Assembly: GCF_037042905.1 (NCBI RefSeq)
Contig: NC_087245.1
Location: 14,756,001-14,820,000 of the forward strand
DNA from: Lytechinus pictus
Lineage: Eukaryota
Direction: 5' to 3'
Length of the DNA stretch: 64,000 nt
Shown here: piece after piece, positions 47,686 to 61,800 of the stretch
Layout of the letters: each line of letters begins with the position of its first letter
Position numbering within the stretch: the stretch's first letter is position 1
Notes under the pieces: generated by a model
Told to the model about the DNA's origin: nothing
What the model saw: the letters and a program-made list of their open reading frames with translations, nothing else
The model's database searches: none
Position numbers and translations under genes: made by a program

Positions 47686-49910
47686 ATGATTTGGGACGAT
47701 AAAAAAGGAATTCCTGCAAAAATATCTGACAACGGAGAAGAGGAAAGATTGGACAAAACAAACATGGTAAGTGTTTCATCTGTATTCAATCTGTTTCGTA
47801 CCCAGTTATGCAGGTGTATTAGTTTTTGTGTGATTTATCAGAGATTTTATTTGAAATAAATAAATTGTTGTCTGTTTTCTAATTGCCAACACTTGTAAGG
47901 ATGCTCATAATTCTTGATCGTGAAAGTGAACGCAGAGACAAAGAGAATCAAACTAAGAAATAACCCTTTCCAACCCCCCAAAAAACATCACCCCCCCTCA
48001 ACAGGACTTACGTCATCAGCGAAGCACCGATCCTGAGAGCATCTCATCCATCGAGGTAATAGGTATGGCGTCGATGATAAGTCATAGGGGCTTGAAATCA
48101 TGGGACACGACATCATCGTACAGCGTTAGTGTGGTCAACGGTAATGATGATGACGTCGAAAGGGAACATGATAAGTGTAATTCGTTGACAAGAAGACGAA
48201 TTCCTCGGTGGGTTTTCTGCAGTGCTCTGATTGTTACATCGCTTCTTGTTGCAACTCTTCTTGTTACTCTCTCGGGTAAATATTGTATTTCAGGTCATCC
48301 TAAAATTCATCACTGAGACTTATCAATTTCTAATCAAACTAATAAAAATTCATCATAAAGAAATTCATCAGTTTGGGCAGAAAATAGCAAGGGGATTGAT
48401 TCATGATTATTTTCCGAAATACCCCCCTATTTTTCTGTATCTTTGAATGTAACTTACCTCCCCCCCCCTGCATGGGGGATTCATGGTCTTTTATAATTAG
48501 TGGGGTTTATGGAGAACTCAAGAAAATTAGAATAATGTGGTATACTAAGCATTGAATACATCAGCATATCTTATTATTATTTTATTTAAAGGGGTTTACT
48601 TAATGGCACTTTTGTTTTTGAAAATTTTGAATTTTGAAGTATTACTTTTGTTCATGAGTATTATTGATATGTTTCAGTAATACCGATGCTTGGACTTGAA
48701 ACAACAACGATGATGACAATGACGACGCTGAACTCGATTAATACTCCAGCCGCCATTGTAACAGGTATGCGTATTGACTTAAACTATAAGACCTTGATGC
48801 TGATCTCACTTCATTTCATTCAAATGTATGAAATAATGATACATTATAATATATTTAATATATATATTTAATCGTAGAATTCAATATTCATACAATAACA
48901 TTACATGATCGTGACAGTAAAACACGGGGAGGAATCAAATGCAAGGTGCCGCTAAAAGGCGCTAAATACATTTTGAAACTGAATCCAATGTTACTACCTG
49001 ATTTTGAAAATTTAAGTCCTACCGAATGTTTGAGAGGAACTGCATATTTTGGTTTGTATATTTTCGCAAAGACTATTATTATGGCAATGTCTAATGCAGG
49101 CGGGGGTAGCTGCATCGTTGGTAGAAGCCTATATACAGATAGGTCCAATTTTTTGGTGTGATATACAGATTGTTTTACTGGTAATTATGAATGTCATGAT
49201 AAGATATGGTACAATGTTTGCTGTGTAACTCCATATTTCTTTCTTAGATGAAGAAGCAAACGCTTGTTTATCCGGCGAGTTCTGGTGTGGTGATGATACT
49301 AACATACCCGAGTGTATACCAGGCGAATGGCGATGTGATGGAGAGATCGATTGCACAACTGGACGAGACGAAAAATATTGTGAAGGTAATGTAGAACCAA
49401 TTTCTTGCTCTCGCACTTCGGGCCCCTAAAGCATTGTTTTATTATTCATATCATCACCCATTTACAATTAAATAGAAGGGGAATGTTTCACCAAGTTCTT
49501 CTTGTATCACAGTCAAGTCGCTCTGTGTTTGATCTCAGATATATCATTCTCTAGCCCCCCTCCCCCATACACCCCTCCACATCTCTCTCTCTCTCTCGCT
49601 CCTTCCCCTAATTCCAACACTTTCTGTTCTGATTTCAGATTCTTCTGTGATCACCAACACGACTAAGGAGCCACGCCCATGCGTCGCATGGCAACAAACT
49701 TTCAACGAATCGTGTGGAGGGCAGAACTCATCGGCGGGATGCGTGTACATCCCTCAATGCCATGCCGACGGTTCGCGATGGACAATCACCCAGTGTACGT
49801 CGGATCGACGGTCGTGTTGGTGTGTAGACCAAAACGATGGGCGTACTATAGCTGAGACATTCACTGGGGTAGATGTGTTAATTGATGGAGAAGTTCTGGA
49901 TTGTCCGTGA
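47686..49910 (+). CDS. Type II membrane protein: cytosolic N-tail, TM, Thr/Met-rich stalk, LDL-receptor class A domain, thyroglobulin type-1 domain (282 aa)
   Basis: Exons 47686-47766, 48005-48275, 48678-48764, 49248-49385 and 49639-49910 (849 nt; phases 0,1,1,1). RRRIPR is followed by the TM WVFCSALIVTSLLVATLLVTLSVI; LDLa CLSGEFWC...CIPGEWRCDGEIDCTTGRDEKYC; TY domain YIPQCHADGS...QC...CWCVDQNDGRTI...C. Confidence 0.88.
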
Positions 49911-52577
49911 TTTAAATTAATAACATTGAGGGACAAGTGAGCCTGACTTCTGACTTTACCTTAAGACCTTAAAATTCGTATCTCATATATCATCCATAAT
50001 AATAAGTCTGGTTTACCTTCTAGAGACCCCCCCCCCTCCACACACACACACACACGAAGATCTCATGATACCTAGGAGAAAAAAGTTCCATGTAAAGATT
50101 ACTTTCAATAAGGGATAACTCTTTAAAAAAAAAATCATCCTGTCACAAGGCAACTGTCATAGCTAGGTCACTAGTTCAGAAACATCAATCCATGTAAGAA
50201 AATGTAAGTGTTGATATGTAGGTTTGCTAGGACTTCAAGCATTGTCCCCCATCCTCTATGGAGTGAAGAGGACGTTTCTCAGGAAACCACTTGTCAGCTT
50301 TAGAGATTTCAATCCCTCATTTTAGCAGTTGGGGAATTTTCATTTTGATTTTGCTTTTCACCATTACATTTTAAACTTGGCCTACCATTTTGAAAAAACT
50401 CTGGATTTACCACTAGTCTTGCCAAACCACCAACGGTCCCATCACAAGTCAATTCATAATCATAGGGCTAAATATTGAAATGGTAAGGGGGAAGGAAGAC
50501 ATTTCTTAACCATTATGGCACACCTTGCTTTTATCTATCCCCAACTCTCAGATTTCTTGCCAATGTATTTTTTCCTTCAAATAACACAACACAATCTTCC
50601 ATTAAATCAAATTCATCATTAATAGTCATTGTCAAACAAGCTTAAAAGTTTCTTCCATTTTTATTACAATGAAAAGTGATTTACAGATCTATAGCTGTAT
50701 TATCCATTGCATCTTCTTGGTGCATCCTTCACAATATATTCATCAGTGTTTATAAGTTTAAAAATACAAACATACCTGCATTTTCTCATAAAACAGCGAT
50801 TTCTCAGAGCAAAATTTTCACACCTACATAGTGCATGGTTTATTTCCTACAAATCGTGGCCATGATTTACGCAACAGCAAATATAAATTTAAGCTTACTA
50901 ATAGTTCACAAGCCAATAACACATATTTGAATGTGAAAAATCTGGTGTAAAATGTGATTTAAAAGACAAAGTGAGTAACATCAATGTGGATAATTGTGGG
51001 AACTTCATAAAAAGTAAATGACTTTTTCATGGTTGTCAAAGTAGATCAAATTTGAGTGCAACATGCATTCCACCAGATACAATAGACCAGTCTTCATGGA
51101 AGCTGATAAGTAGCTAGAAAATGTGGCAGAAAGGAAGACAGGGAGGGGGGAGACGAGAGAAGGATGGAGAAATTAAATTACAAATTGTGGGGGGGGGGTA
51201 TTGTTTCGTAGACAGAAAACGAAATGAATTGGAAACAATTTTAACAGGAAAGCATATCAACAAAAAAGACAAAATGAGTTTTTTAAATGTTGAGTTGTTA
51301 GCAGAAAATTGAAAAAGAGAAATCTGAATTTAAAAATTTATATTCAATGGTTGAAACTTGCAAGATACTTCAAGTGTTATTCAAACAAGCAGAATACGTG
51401 TGAAAATTTGAGAGAAAGAGAGAGACAGGGAGGGGTGGGGTTGGAGGTGAGGAAGAGAGCTGCCTTTGCATTGTATTCATTCAACAGAAAATTTGCATTG
51501 CCGATACATAAAAACATTTGATTTTTACTCCATTGAAGAGATTAGAAGTTGTGACACAAGTTTGTTGAGGTATGTATGCAAATAAATTATTGAAAATATT
51601 TAAGGAACCAAAACTTTTGACAAATAAAGAATACAATAACATAAACACATATATACACAATGTCATTTAACATAAAGAAGCATGATGTATGAGAATACAT
51701 TTCTATGAAAGCTACATATAAATATATATATAAAATAATTTGTAACATAAAACTAAAGGTAGCAATGAAGCCTAACATACATCAAACTAAATAGGTGGGA
51801 ACATACATCCATACTTACAAACATACATATAGCTAAAACATAATAACTTAGCACACTTTAAAAAGTCCAGTAGAGAAAAGCACTATTATTGGTAGATATA
51901 CATCTGTCCCTGACAATATATTCCTACTTTCTGTATATAATCATTCCGTAATTATACAGATAGTAAAACCTTTCTATTGAATATTCACAAGCTTTAAGTA
52001 AGCTGCCTCATAATTTTTCAATGCTAAATGCAATGAGATTTATAAGAGTGGTAGTAACTAATTAGGATATCTAATTTTGATTATCAATATCGCCTTCCTA
52101 TATTAATTTTGTTATACTTGTGATAATCATGAAAACTTAGTTAAGTACCAGTATGAATATTTCAAGCTTTTATCAGTTGCTAATGTGAATTTTCAAGTCT
52201 ATTATTTTAAATGGGATAGTACTGCGGAATATATATAAAGTAATGTTAACATCACTTTTTCCCTTCTCAATATTCTGTTAATTTCCTTACAAATCGGTAG
52301 TTTAATGACCTTCAAGAAATTAGTAACCAACTGGGCCCATTTAAATAGAAATTTAATTAATATTACAACTTATTACATTTTTTGCATGCAGTCTGCCATA
52401 GATTTATAAGAGGGCCCATCAATATTAATCCACAGATTGGAGTATTCTCATTATCTTCATAATCCTGCAAAAGCTTTAAAACGTTTAAGTATCCATACCT
52501 AGATTGAACAATTCAAGTTGTGATAACAAACATAAAATGAACTCAAGAAGAACCAATGGAATGACTTCACAAAAGCT

Positions 52578-52864
52578 TAATAATAATAACGGTATATTTA
52601 CCCAGGGTAGCCATTTCAGTTCTGAAAACTGTTCTCCCAGCTGGCCCTGCAATTATTATTACCCGGCTAAGCTAGGCTACCGATTCAGGTGCACACAGTT
52701 TTTTGAGGAATTACTTCCTGCTGGTACCCATTTACCTCACCTGGGTTGAGTTCAGCAGTGTGGATAAATTTCTTGCTGAAGGAAAACACGCCACGGCTAG
52801 GATTCGCACCTAAGACCCTCTGTTTGAAAGGCGAGAGTCAGAACCACTAGACCACGATGCACCC
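52578..52864 (-). mobile_element. Near full-length tRNA-derived SINE with a (TTA)n tail
   Basis: The minus strand reads GGTGCATCGTGGTCTAGTGGTTCTGACTCTCGCC...GGTGCGAATCCTAGCC...TTTTCCTTCAGCAAGAAATTTATCCACACTG...(TTA)n. Confidence 0.8.
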
Positions 52865-55800
52865 ACTGCTTGTATCTAGAAATTAGAAATATGTGCCAAA
52901 GAGTTCTGGTAGGAACAAAATAAATTAAGTGTTTGGTACATGTAGATGAGTCGTTTTTAATTATAAACGTGCCCACATGTGCTCATCTGTGTTTGCTATA
53001 TTCAGCATACTGGCGGTCAAGCTATATATCATTATTTTAAGTAATTTAATTCTTCTAAATTCATTAATACCAAAAATATATAAATCACATTCAGTCAAAT
53101 CAAGCCACTAGATAAACAAATCCCTCAAATTATCCTGCAACACACGTCCAATTGTGAACTAGATACACGGCGACCTACATGTGCTTCAAGACTTAAAGTG
53201 TCAGACAGTTCATTAAAACCACTTTGGTGAAATAACATTCTTCTGTACAGTGAATAGTATCAAAACAATGAATCAACTTTCAAATAAGATCACATTCACA
53301 TGATCCTCAAATGTTACAAGTGTGCATATCAGTAAAGATACCGTGAATAACATGTCGCAAAATATGGTGGTCTTGTTGAGAAAACACTAATTATTGCAAT
53401 GAATTTCATGATACAAACATTCCAGAAAAACCAAGTGCAAAACATGTACTTGATATTGTACAATGAAATGACGAAAACATGATCACATTGAAATTCTTAA
53501 ATTTCTTTACAGTTCATGTACGTGCATACTAAGAAATAAGTTTGCACACTGATTTCTTCGTGTGCACTTGAATCCAAGGCGCTGCTTTCTAAAATTGCAT
53601 CTTCAAAAAATCTTGTGTGAGTTTGTAAATATAATGCACAATATAGAACAAAACACTGGGGCATACTAGAAATATTCCATGTCACAGAAGCTGTGTTTCA
53701 AATCTAAAGCTACCTGTTATGTGGCATTGACTAGCAACTTGGCATGTCAAGTGTTGATAATGATATGGAAACTTGACCCCTAAATATAATTCCTGAACTA
53801 CAGTTTCACTTTGAAATTAACAGAATTCACAAGATCTTCAATTTTCATGAAAGATTAAGAGTGAAGATCCCCTTTAACCCTGTTTATCTACCTTTAATTT
53901 TGACAAAACATTGTATTGGTGCTTTCAGAAATTTACTTTACTGTGTAAACACAAAAGAATATTACAATACAATATAAACAGTACATATTCAATTATGAAA
54001 TACAAATGAAAAATTGTCATTCTATTATATCTGAGTGCATAATAAATTCTATGATTATATACAACGTCCAAAATATATAAATATACATTCAAATCAGTCA
54101 ATAAATTTGAAAGAGGTTTGTCAAAAATGTCTTTGTCAGTATTTTAAATCAAGAATCCACATAACTTTGGGGTAATGGAAGAAAAAGAACTTAAAAAGAT
54201 ACAGATTATTATTCTTTTTAGAAATCTTGTTTTGAGTACACAAAATGGACTATTTTTTTCCAAATAAAATCTTGATGGTTTGTTATCAATGGTGGCAGTA
54301 TCTCAGTATTGAACAATGTATTTTGAACCAGCATTAATGTCAATGACATGAGTTCCTGATTTGACGGATCTGGCATGAAATAAGACATCATTATGGTCGG
54401 AATAAAAAAAGAATTAAGTAGTTTTTCGTAAAATAAATAAAAAGGTATATTAATTACAGGTGCCTTTGAATAAAGTAAAAACATGGAATACAGAGTATAT
54501 AAGATGGAATACTGCTTTAACAATGTTAAATGGTTCCTTGAACCACAAATTACAAAGAAATCATATGATCTTCAATATTACATGAAAAAAAAAAGAAAAA
54601 AAAAAATTAGTAATGATGAACAATTTGGCAAATTAGAAAATATGTGACAAAAATACATTGAGAATAGTTTGTAAGAACAATTAATAACTACACATTATTG
54701 AATTATGGGTGAAAAGGATGGAGAATGGCTGTTCAAATCCTCTTTAGAAATCTTAGAAATATTTCAAATTTTAGAAACGCAAATTAATTTTTATTATTTT
54801 TTCAGATGTAAAGCAGCAGCAATCCTAAACCAGCCTCAATATAGCAACAAAAAGAAAATATATTAAATTCATAAGACCCTTTCTGTCCTTTTACCTTGTG
54901 TTACATGACAAAGCATCAGGATAGAAAGGTTTATGTATTCCATCCACCTATTAAAAGAATTACAAAGTCAGAAAGCAAAATACAAACAATGCATTGCTCG
55001 GTAGGGCAATTCATTTTTTTTTTCATCTCGCAACTGACTGATTTTTGTGCTCTTCTGGTGATCCAAGTACAACAAATGTTGCAATATTTTCATATGAGCT
55101 ATTAAGTGTTGGGCCAGCAAAGGTTTATCTGATTGGTCATAATATTCATTTTTGCGCATTTGACTTTTGAGATGCCATTAATGCATTATATGTGACAATA
55201 TAAGATTCTTATTAAACATTTTTGAAGTTTGAAATAGTCTTTCAATCCATGATCTTACATATAATGTATTTTGTTTGGTCAAGTAGCACACAGTTGTAGT
55301 TGTTTAAAACCTCAGCACATAATAAAAAAATTAAGTTCTGGATTGACCATTTGGAGTTGCAATGACAACCATCTTATACTGTAACCGGCAGATAAAAAAA
55401 AAGGAGCCAAAAGCAAATTCAGCTGGCACACATATATGAGTTGCGCTTATTTGAGGTAAAAGTAGAGTAAAAAAATTGCTTGAAAAGGAAATTTTTACAA
55501 ACTAAACATTCTATCTTGTCTGTTATCATTTCTAGTAGGAGAGGTGTAGACATATTGGAAAGAAGAAGATAAAAAAAGAAGAGGAAAAGGGGAGAGAGAT
55601 GGTAGCAAGATAATCAGAGAGACTGAAAAATGTGAACAAAGAATTGAAGGACGAGAGAAAGAGAGAGGGGAGAAGGGGAAAACAGACAAAAAGAAAGGGA
55701 GAATAAGAGCTATGGAAATGATAGTGACAAAGAAAAAAGGATTGAGACAAAGACAATGTAAAAGGAAGAGTCAAGAAGAAAACGAGAGGAAACATTACAT

Positions 55801-55865
55801 CTTAAAAAGTATGAATAGCATATTCACAATATGTTAAATTGATTAATAGGTTGTCTTGCACACTG

Positions 55866-58800
55866 TCATGAGTCGCATGGGAGTTGAGTTGTGCTTCGGA
55901 GGAAAATGGGGTCGATGGCTGCAAGCTTACTTGCTAGGAAGGCATGCATACAATGAAGAAGTTTCCGCAGGTTCGGACATTCGAGCTCCTGAAAGGGAAA
56001 ATCAGAAAGGATTTAAAAACAAATCTTATTTGTTTACAAAATTGATTTTAAGATTAATGAACATCTTTGATTTTAAGATTAATGAACATCTTTGGGATGA
56101 TTAAAATCATGTTTTACATTATTGAAATGGAATATGACATAATGGATTTGGCAATAATAACAATTCTTTTATATTCAGAGGGGTTCATTTATGAAATAGA
56201 TCAAATTTAAGATTGGTGAAATACCCTTAAGAGGAGTCAAACCATGTTTTGAATTATTGAAGAAAATATAACAAACAATAGCTGGATTCTAACAACGCTT
56301 TTTGCCTGAGGATACAAAGCGCTGGTATCATTACCCGGATAATAGCCGTGCTGCCTAAAGGTGCTGTGGCATTCAAGGAATTTCTTCTAACTGGGTACAC
56401 ATTTACCTCAACTGGGTTGAGTGCAGCACAATGTGGGAAATTTCTTGCTGAAGGAAAACACGCCATGGCTGGGAATCCAACCCACGTCCCTCAGAGATTG
56501 AAACACAACAGTCAAGAAATAGATTTTGCTATGAGAATGAATCAATTTCACTAATCATTATCAAATATTTATAAACTGATTTTGATCCAATTGCAATTCA
56601 TATACAGATTGTGATCCATCTTATGAATTTGAATTCTGATGGGGTTTTTCCCTTCTTCTCTCTTCAACATATTTTATATTCTAATTCATATGAATCTTTA
56701 CCTGCATTTCAAGCTGACCGGTGTTGGCATTAGTGAATTGGAGTTTGACTTTTGCATTGCCATCATCCGAGGAATTCTTAAGTTGTGAGAAACGATACCG
56801 CCACAGCAGAGCCTGTATTGAATAAGAATAAATGAACATTTTCATGCAAAACTTCCGATTAAATTATTTGTCTTGAGATGACAAAAACCTAAATCTTACA
56901 ATTGTTCTGGTTCCCATTTTATAAAGATTTGATATAATAACAAATGCATCATTTCTACACAAATTCACTGACAACCAATCATATTGAAGGATTTCAGTAG
57001 CTTTTAACTATTGCAAAATTATAACATCTTGTATGAAACATGCCCCAGGAAAGTGAACAGGCATGGCTGCTAAACTACTAAGAGAAAATCCTCTTAGAAA
57101 TGGCTTAACTTAATTCTTTTTAAGGATCCAGAAATGGAGATTTAGACAGAAAATCACTGAATATATTATGTAATCATTAAGGAAAAGTAATACATGAGGT
57201 TTAAAAAAGAATAGAAACAATATACTCTACAATATGATACAGATATCATCTACAATGAGTGACTTTCCCCACACTTTCCATGATTTGTTATATGATTCTG
57301 AAGTTGTCTTCTTTTGTAGCAATGAAAATGTACACCAGTGGATGTTTAGCAAAGATGCACTCACAAAACTAATGAAAAGAAAAGAAAAAAGAAAAAACAC
57401 TGAAAATTTCAGCTAATACAGCTGCATTTATTGAATCAGTGTTGTTCTCAATACTATGAAAACTTATCCACATGCACATATAATAAAATGAAGGAAGACC
57501 ATTTTATACTAAAAGTCACAAATTCCTACTCTTATCATACGTTTTCATGTCGGTTCTCACTATTGTGTAAATTGGTGATGTCAGTTACCTTGTTATGAGC
57601 ATCGAACAGAGTGAAACCAGTTTCTAGGTCAAGGGTCAAACCTACGACCCTCTTCCTCCACGTGCATCCATATGTCTTGGTCTATTGGTGAGAGAGGAAA
57701 CAGACAAAAATCAGGGTGATTCAAACATTGAATAATCAACTCACTTGAACTAATTGTGTAAAAGTATTTTTTCTTTAGAAGAAATTGATATTGAGTTCAG
57801 TTGAAAGTTGAAACACACAACTTTTCACATATCTAAGGAGGGTGTTGGAAGAACCTATCACTCATTACAAATTTTTTTTTTTCAGTCCAAAAATCAATAA
57901 GTTCCATGATTAAAATGCAAATTTGCAATCAATTGCTGGATCCCGTAAAACAAAAGTTCGCAATTCATCGTACGCTTGATTTTCACGATTGATTGTACAT
58001 TGTAGTCAATGGAATCAATCGTAGAAAAATGTTCCACGATCATTGCTAAGTTTTGTTACGGGCCCCTGGTCTGTTATTTGTGATGAAAATTTGCGATTCA
58101 TTGCAAATAAGTTTAATTTTGCCTGTATAATGACCTTTGACCTACAGTCTCCAAATTCAAAATTGAGCTGCATTTATTGAGTGTTCTACTTCCATAGTAT
58201 ATGAAAATCTTATCTTAAGGTTCCTTATTGTAGGTTTTGAGGTGGAGGGTGACATATGAGGGGCAAACAAGTACAGCACTTAAAACCCCGTCCAGACTTT
58301 GTCTGCATGGGAATTTTAAAATGAAAGAGAGAGAGAAAGAGAAAGAAAGAGAGAAGGGGGGGGGGGAGGCGGAGAGAAAAGGGATATGAAAAAAGTGGGT
58401 GTAAAAAGTGACATCTAAGCAGAATAAAAGAACATCCCAAAATTAAACTTACACCAAGTTTACTGACTGATGCATGAGTTGCTCTGAGGACCGCACTCTG
58501 CCAGACGTTTAATTCACTCCTGTTCTCTACGCTAAGATAATGACAGTCGTCTGCTCCGGACTGAAGGAGGAAGCAATGGGCTCGGTCATCTTGGAGTTCA
58601 GAATCCTGTAATCATTTCAAATAATAGTTTAAGTTACAATATTGAAGTAGTTTCTGTTTTTAATCTATTTTTGAATTGTTTTAGAACTTGATATCTAGCC
58701 CTTCCATTCCATTTTTTTTTTTAATTTGGTTTCTGGTTACCAGTGCTGATCTCTCAAAATTTCAATGGTTTAAATCTAGCTATCTACATTTTTCACCACT

Positions 58801-61800
58801 ATTCAATCAATTGCAAATAGTGTATCTCTTTACACTACTTTCTTAAGTGGACATCCTTCTCATGAGTTAAAAACAAAATATGTATCAAACATACCTTGAA
58901 TATTCTTGAAACAACTTCAAAAAGTTTGTAACTTCTCTCACACCTAATCCAGTCTCTAGGGTTAACCTGTAGAAATAACAAACAAGATATTGTATCATCG
59001 ATGCTTCAAAGAAATATCTACAGCAATGATGACTTGTGGAAATACGTTAATATGATCTTTGAAAGATTGCAATGTCTTCACTAGCAAAGCAGAAACTAAT
59101 TGAGAACATCTTTCTTCACACCAGTAACATCAGCCTAACATCTGCCTGCTTGCCTCCTAAATTGGAGTAATGGACAGCATCCATTTGATGATGTATTATT
59201 AGATGTGAAATGGTTAGAGTAAGATGATGAAGTATGCTTGGATTGTGATAAAAACAGAATGTTTCCTAATGTTATAACATCAATCAAAATAAAGATCTTC
59301 TGTCAATCATGTTGTTAATATATTATAACTTTGGTTAACTTACTGGTGGTGATTCAAAGATGAGGGCATCGGCCCCTCTTATTGCCAGGAATTTAGGCTT
59401 CCATATGTTGTGATGTGAGTTGCTTGCAAGTCTCTCTTCTACCCAACCAAAGTGCATGATCTACGATAGAAAGAGATAATTAAGAATTAGGAGTACTGTT
59501 ATACAGAAGGAGTAAAAAGAGGAAGAGAGGGTAGACGAGATATGGAGGGGAAGAATCAAGGAGTGAATGACAGGAATTAAGAGAGAGGGGGGATGAGAGA
59601 GAAAAAGTTAACACCTTTTGCATCTAACAAGGTAGATACATGCATTTTATAAATCCTATATTATATATTTATTTAACAAAGAGATTGTGCAGAAGAGAGA
59701 GAGAGGAGAGTAAAGTGAGAGATGAAAGAGATGAGACCAGGGAGGAAAGAGATGAGAAAAGATGTGAGGAGGAAGAAAAGAAGGAGGCATGGGTGAGGGA
59801 TGTACAGGAAATTGAAGAAGTTTGGAAGTGAGTACAGGCATCATCATCATCAACATCATGGATGTTTCCATTATCATTATCATTGATACTACAAATAAAA
59901 ACTATCAACATAATCACCAGCATGAACATAATCATCAGCATCATCATTATAATAAATATTATTATCATTACAGAAACTTATTATTATAATTATGGTAATC
60001 ATCTTTGTTGACATCATCATCATAATCATCATCATAACCACTATTGAAAATCAAAACTTGTCCAAACTTACTTGATCTACTGGAGGTAAGAGATCATTTG
60101 ACAGCTTCATCTACGATGGATTAAGAAAAGAAATATTAAATAATGAAATTACTTTACATGTTTGCATCCTAGATGCTTTCTTTAGTCATGACCAATTCAA
60201 AACTTAAACCTCAATCTTGATTTTGAACTCAAACTCATGGTCTAAATTAAACTTGAATAAAAATATCAAATGTAAATTAAGATTTAAAGTCATATTCCAT
60301 TCCAACTAAACATTTAATCCCTTTAAATCTCAACATCAAACCAGAACCCATTTCAACATAAACTTCCCATTAAAGTGTCTGTACTCACTGACTGGGCATT
60401 GAGGGTTGCTACACTTGAGTTGATAACTTTGAGCCAGTCTAAGAGCTCTGTTGAACTCTGGCAAAGGAGAGTCCCTGAAGACGTTCCATCAACACCTATC
60501 ACCTCAAACGTATTCGGCCTACAAAACGTAAGATGGGTACACACATTGTTTTGTTGTCAGAATGTACAAATACACAAGTTGGATCAGCCTTGACAGGTGT
60601 TCTCTGATCTCCCCCCATAAACTGCATTTCAATTGTCTTTTCCCAATTATATATCTGTATCCATTCTTTTGTATCAGTTTCAATTTCATACGTACAAGTA
60701 TAAATAATGGGTTTCTCTGGATATGAATGTAGAATTGAATTTCTTTGAGGTAAGAGAGAATAGTCCTTGTCTTTACGTAACATTCATTATACTATTTGAG
60801 AATTGCCACAGAATGAATGATAAATACTGGTGAGTTCGGTTTTGCAAAACCTCATGGGTAAACTTAGAGGTCTATGGTTTTATACCCTGTGGGTTGATCT
60901 AAAATGGACTTACCATTTGATTGGTAAAATACACAAATATAAATAGATGAAAAATTAAAGGGATGGATAGGTCATTGAGAACCAACAAGTAGTATAAGGG
61001 AAGTATGGATTTTCCAAGACTTGTGAATGTTTTGAAAGGGTCTCAAGATTTACCGTCATTATTGAAAGGACAGGAATTTCTTAACACTGACATACTTTCT
61101 GTACAGCACTAGACTAAAATGGTGTATTTATTTCACCTCATTTCTAAATAATTCTTAAGAGCAAATGTGTATGTGGCATACATAAAGAATATATAAAAAG
61201 CTTTGATATTGAAAATAATCTCACCTGATTTTATCTGTTCCACTTGAATATCTTGTAACTCTCGCCATGAGTAATGATATTGAGAGCATATCAACCCATC
61301 TCGTCTGCAACTTTGGCTGTGGCCTTGGGGATTGGTTGTGAACGGTTGCTGTTGTGGATGAGGCATTTCTCGTCTGCCAAACAACGAGAATTATCAATAA
61401 TAATAACCATCTAGAACACAGAAAACTGTCAAGTTTATGACATAAAAAAAGGCCTAAAGAATGAAACATGATAAAATAATCAGATTTCTTTTTGTTTTTG
61501 CAGGCAACGAATGTGAATTTCAATAAATTTCCTGAAATTACATTACATCTTGTGCAATAATCATCTGACTTCACTAACGTTGCCATTTTTCAACAAATTA
61601 TAATTTTCCCTACCCAAAAGCGGATGAAAAATCCTCTTTAATATATCAAAACTATTTATTTTGCTGCCAATAACAACAAGGATTGTCACCAAAACATAAG
61701 AAATCAACTAACCTGCCAGCCTTCACCACCATTTGTCAAACTGTTTTCTGTTGTGTTGTTATTATCTGGAGACTTCCCTCTGTCTGCTAACTTAGCTGAG

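Noticed and set aside
47686-49910. Calling the gene CD74 or TMPRSS
   Set aside because: It lacks the CD74 trimerisation domain and any serine protease domain; the similarity is architectural only.
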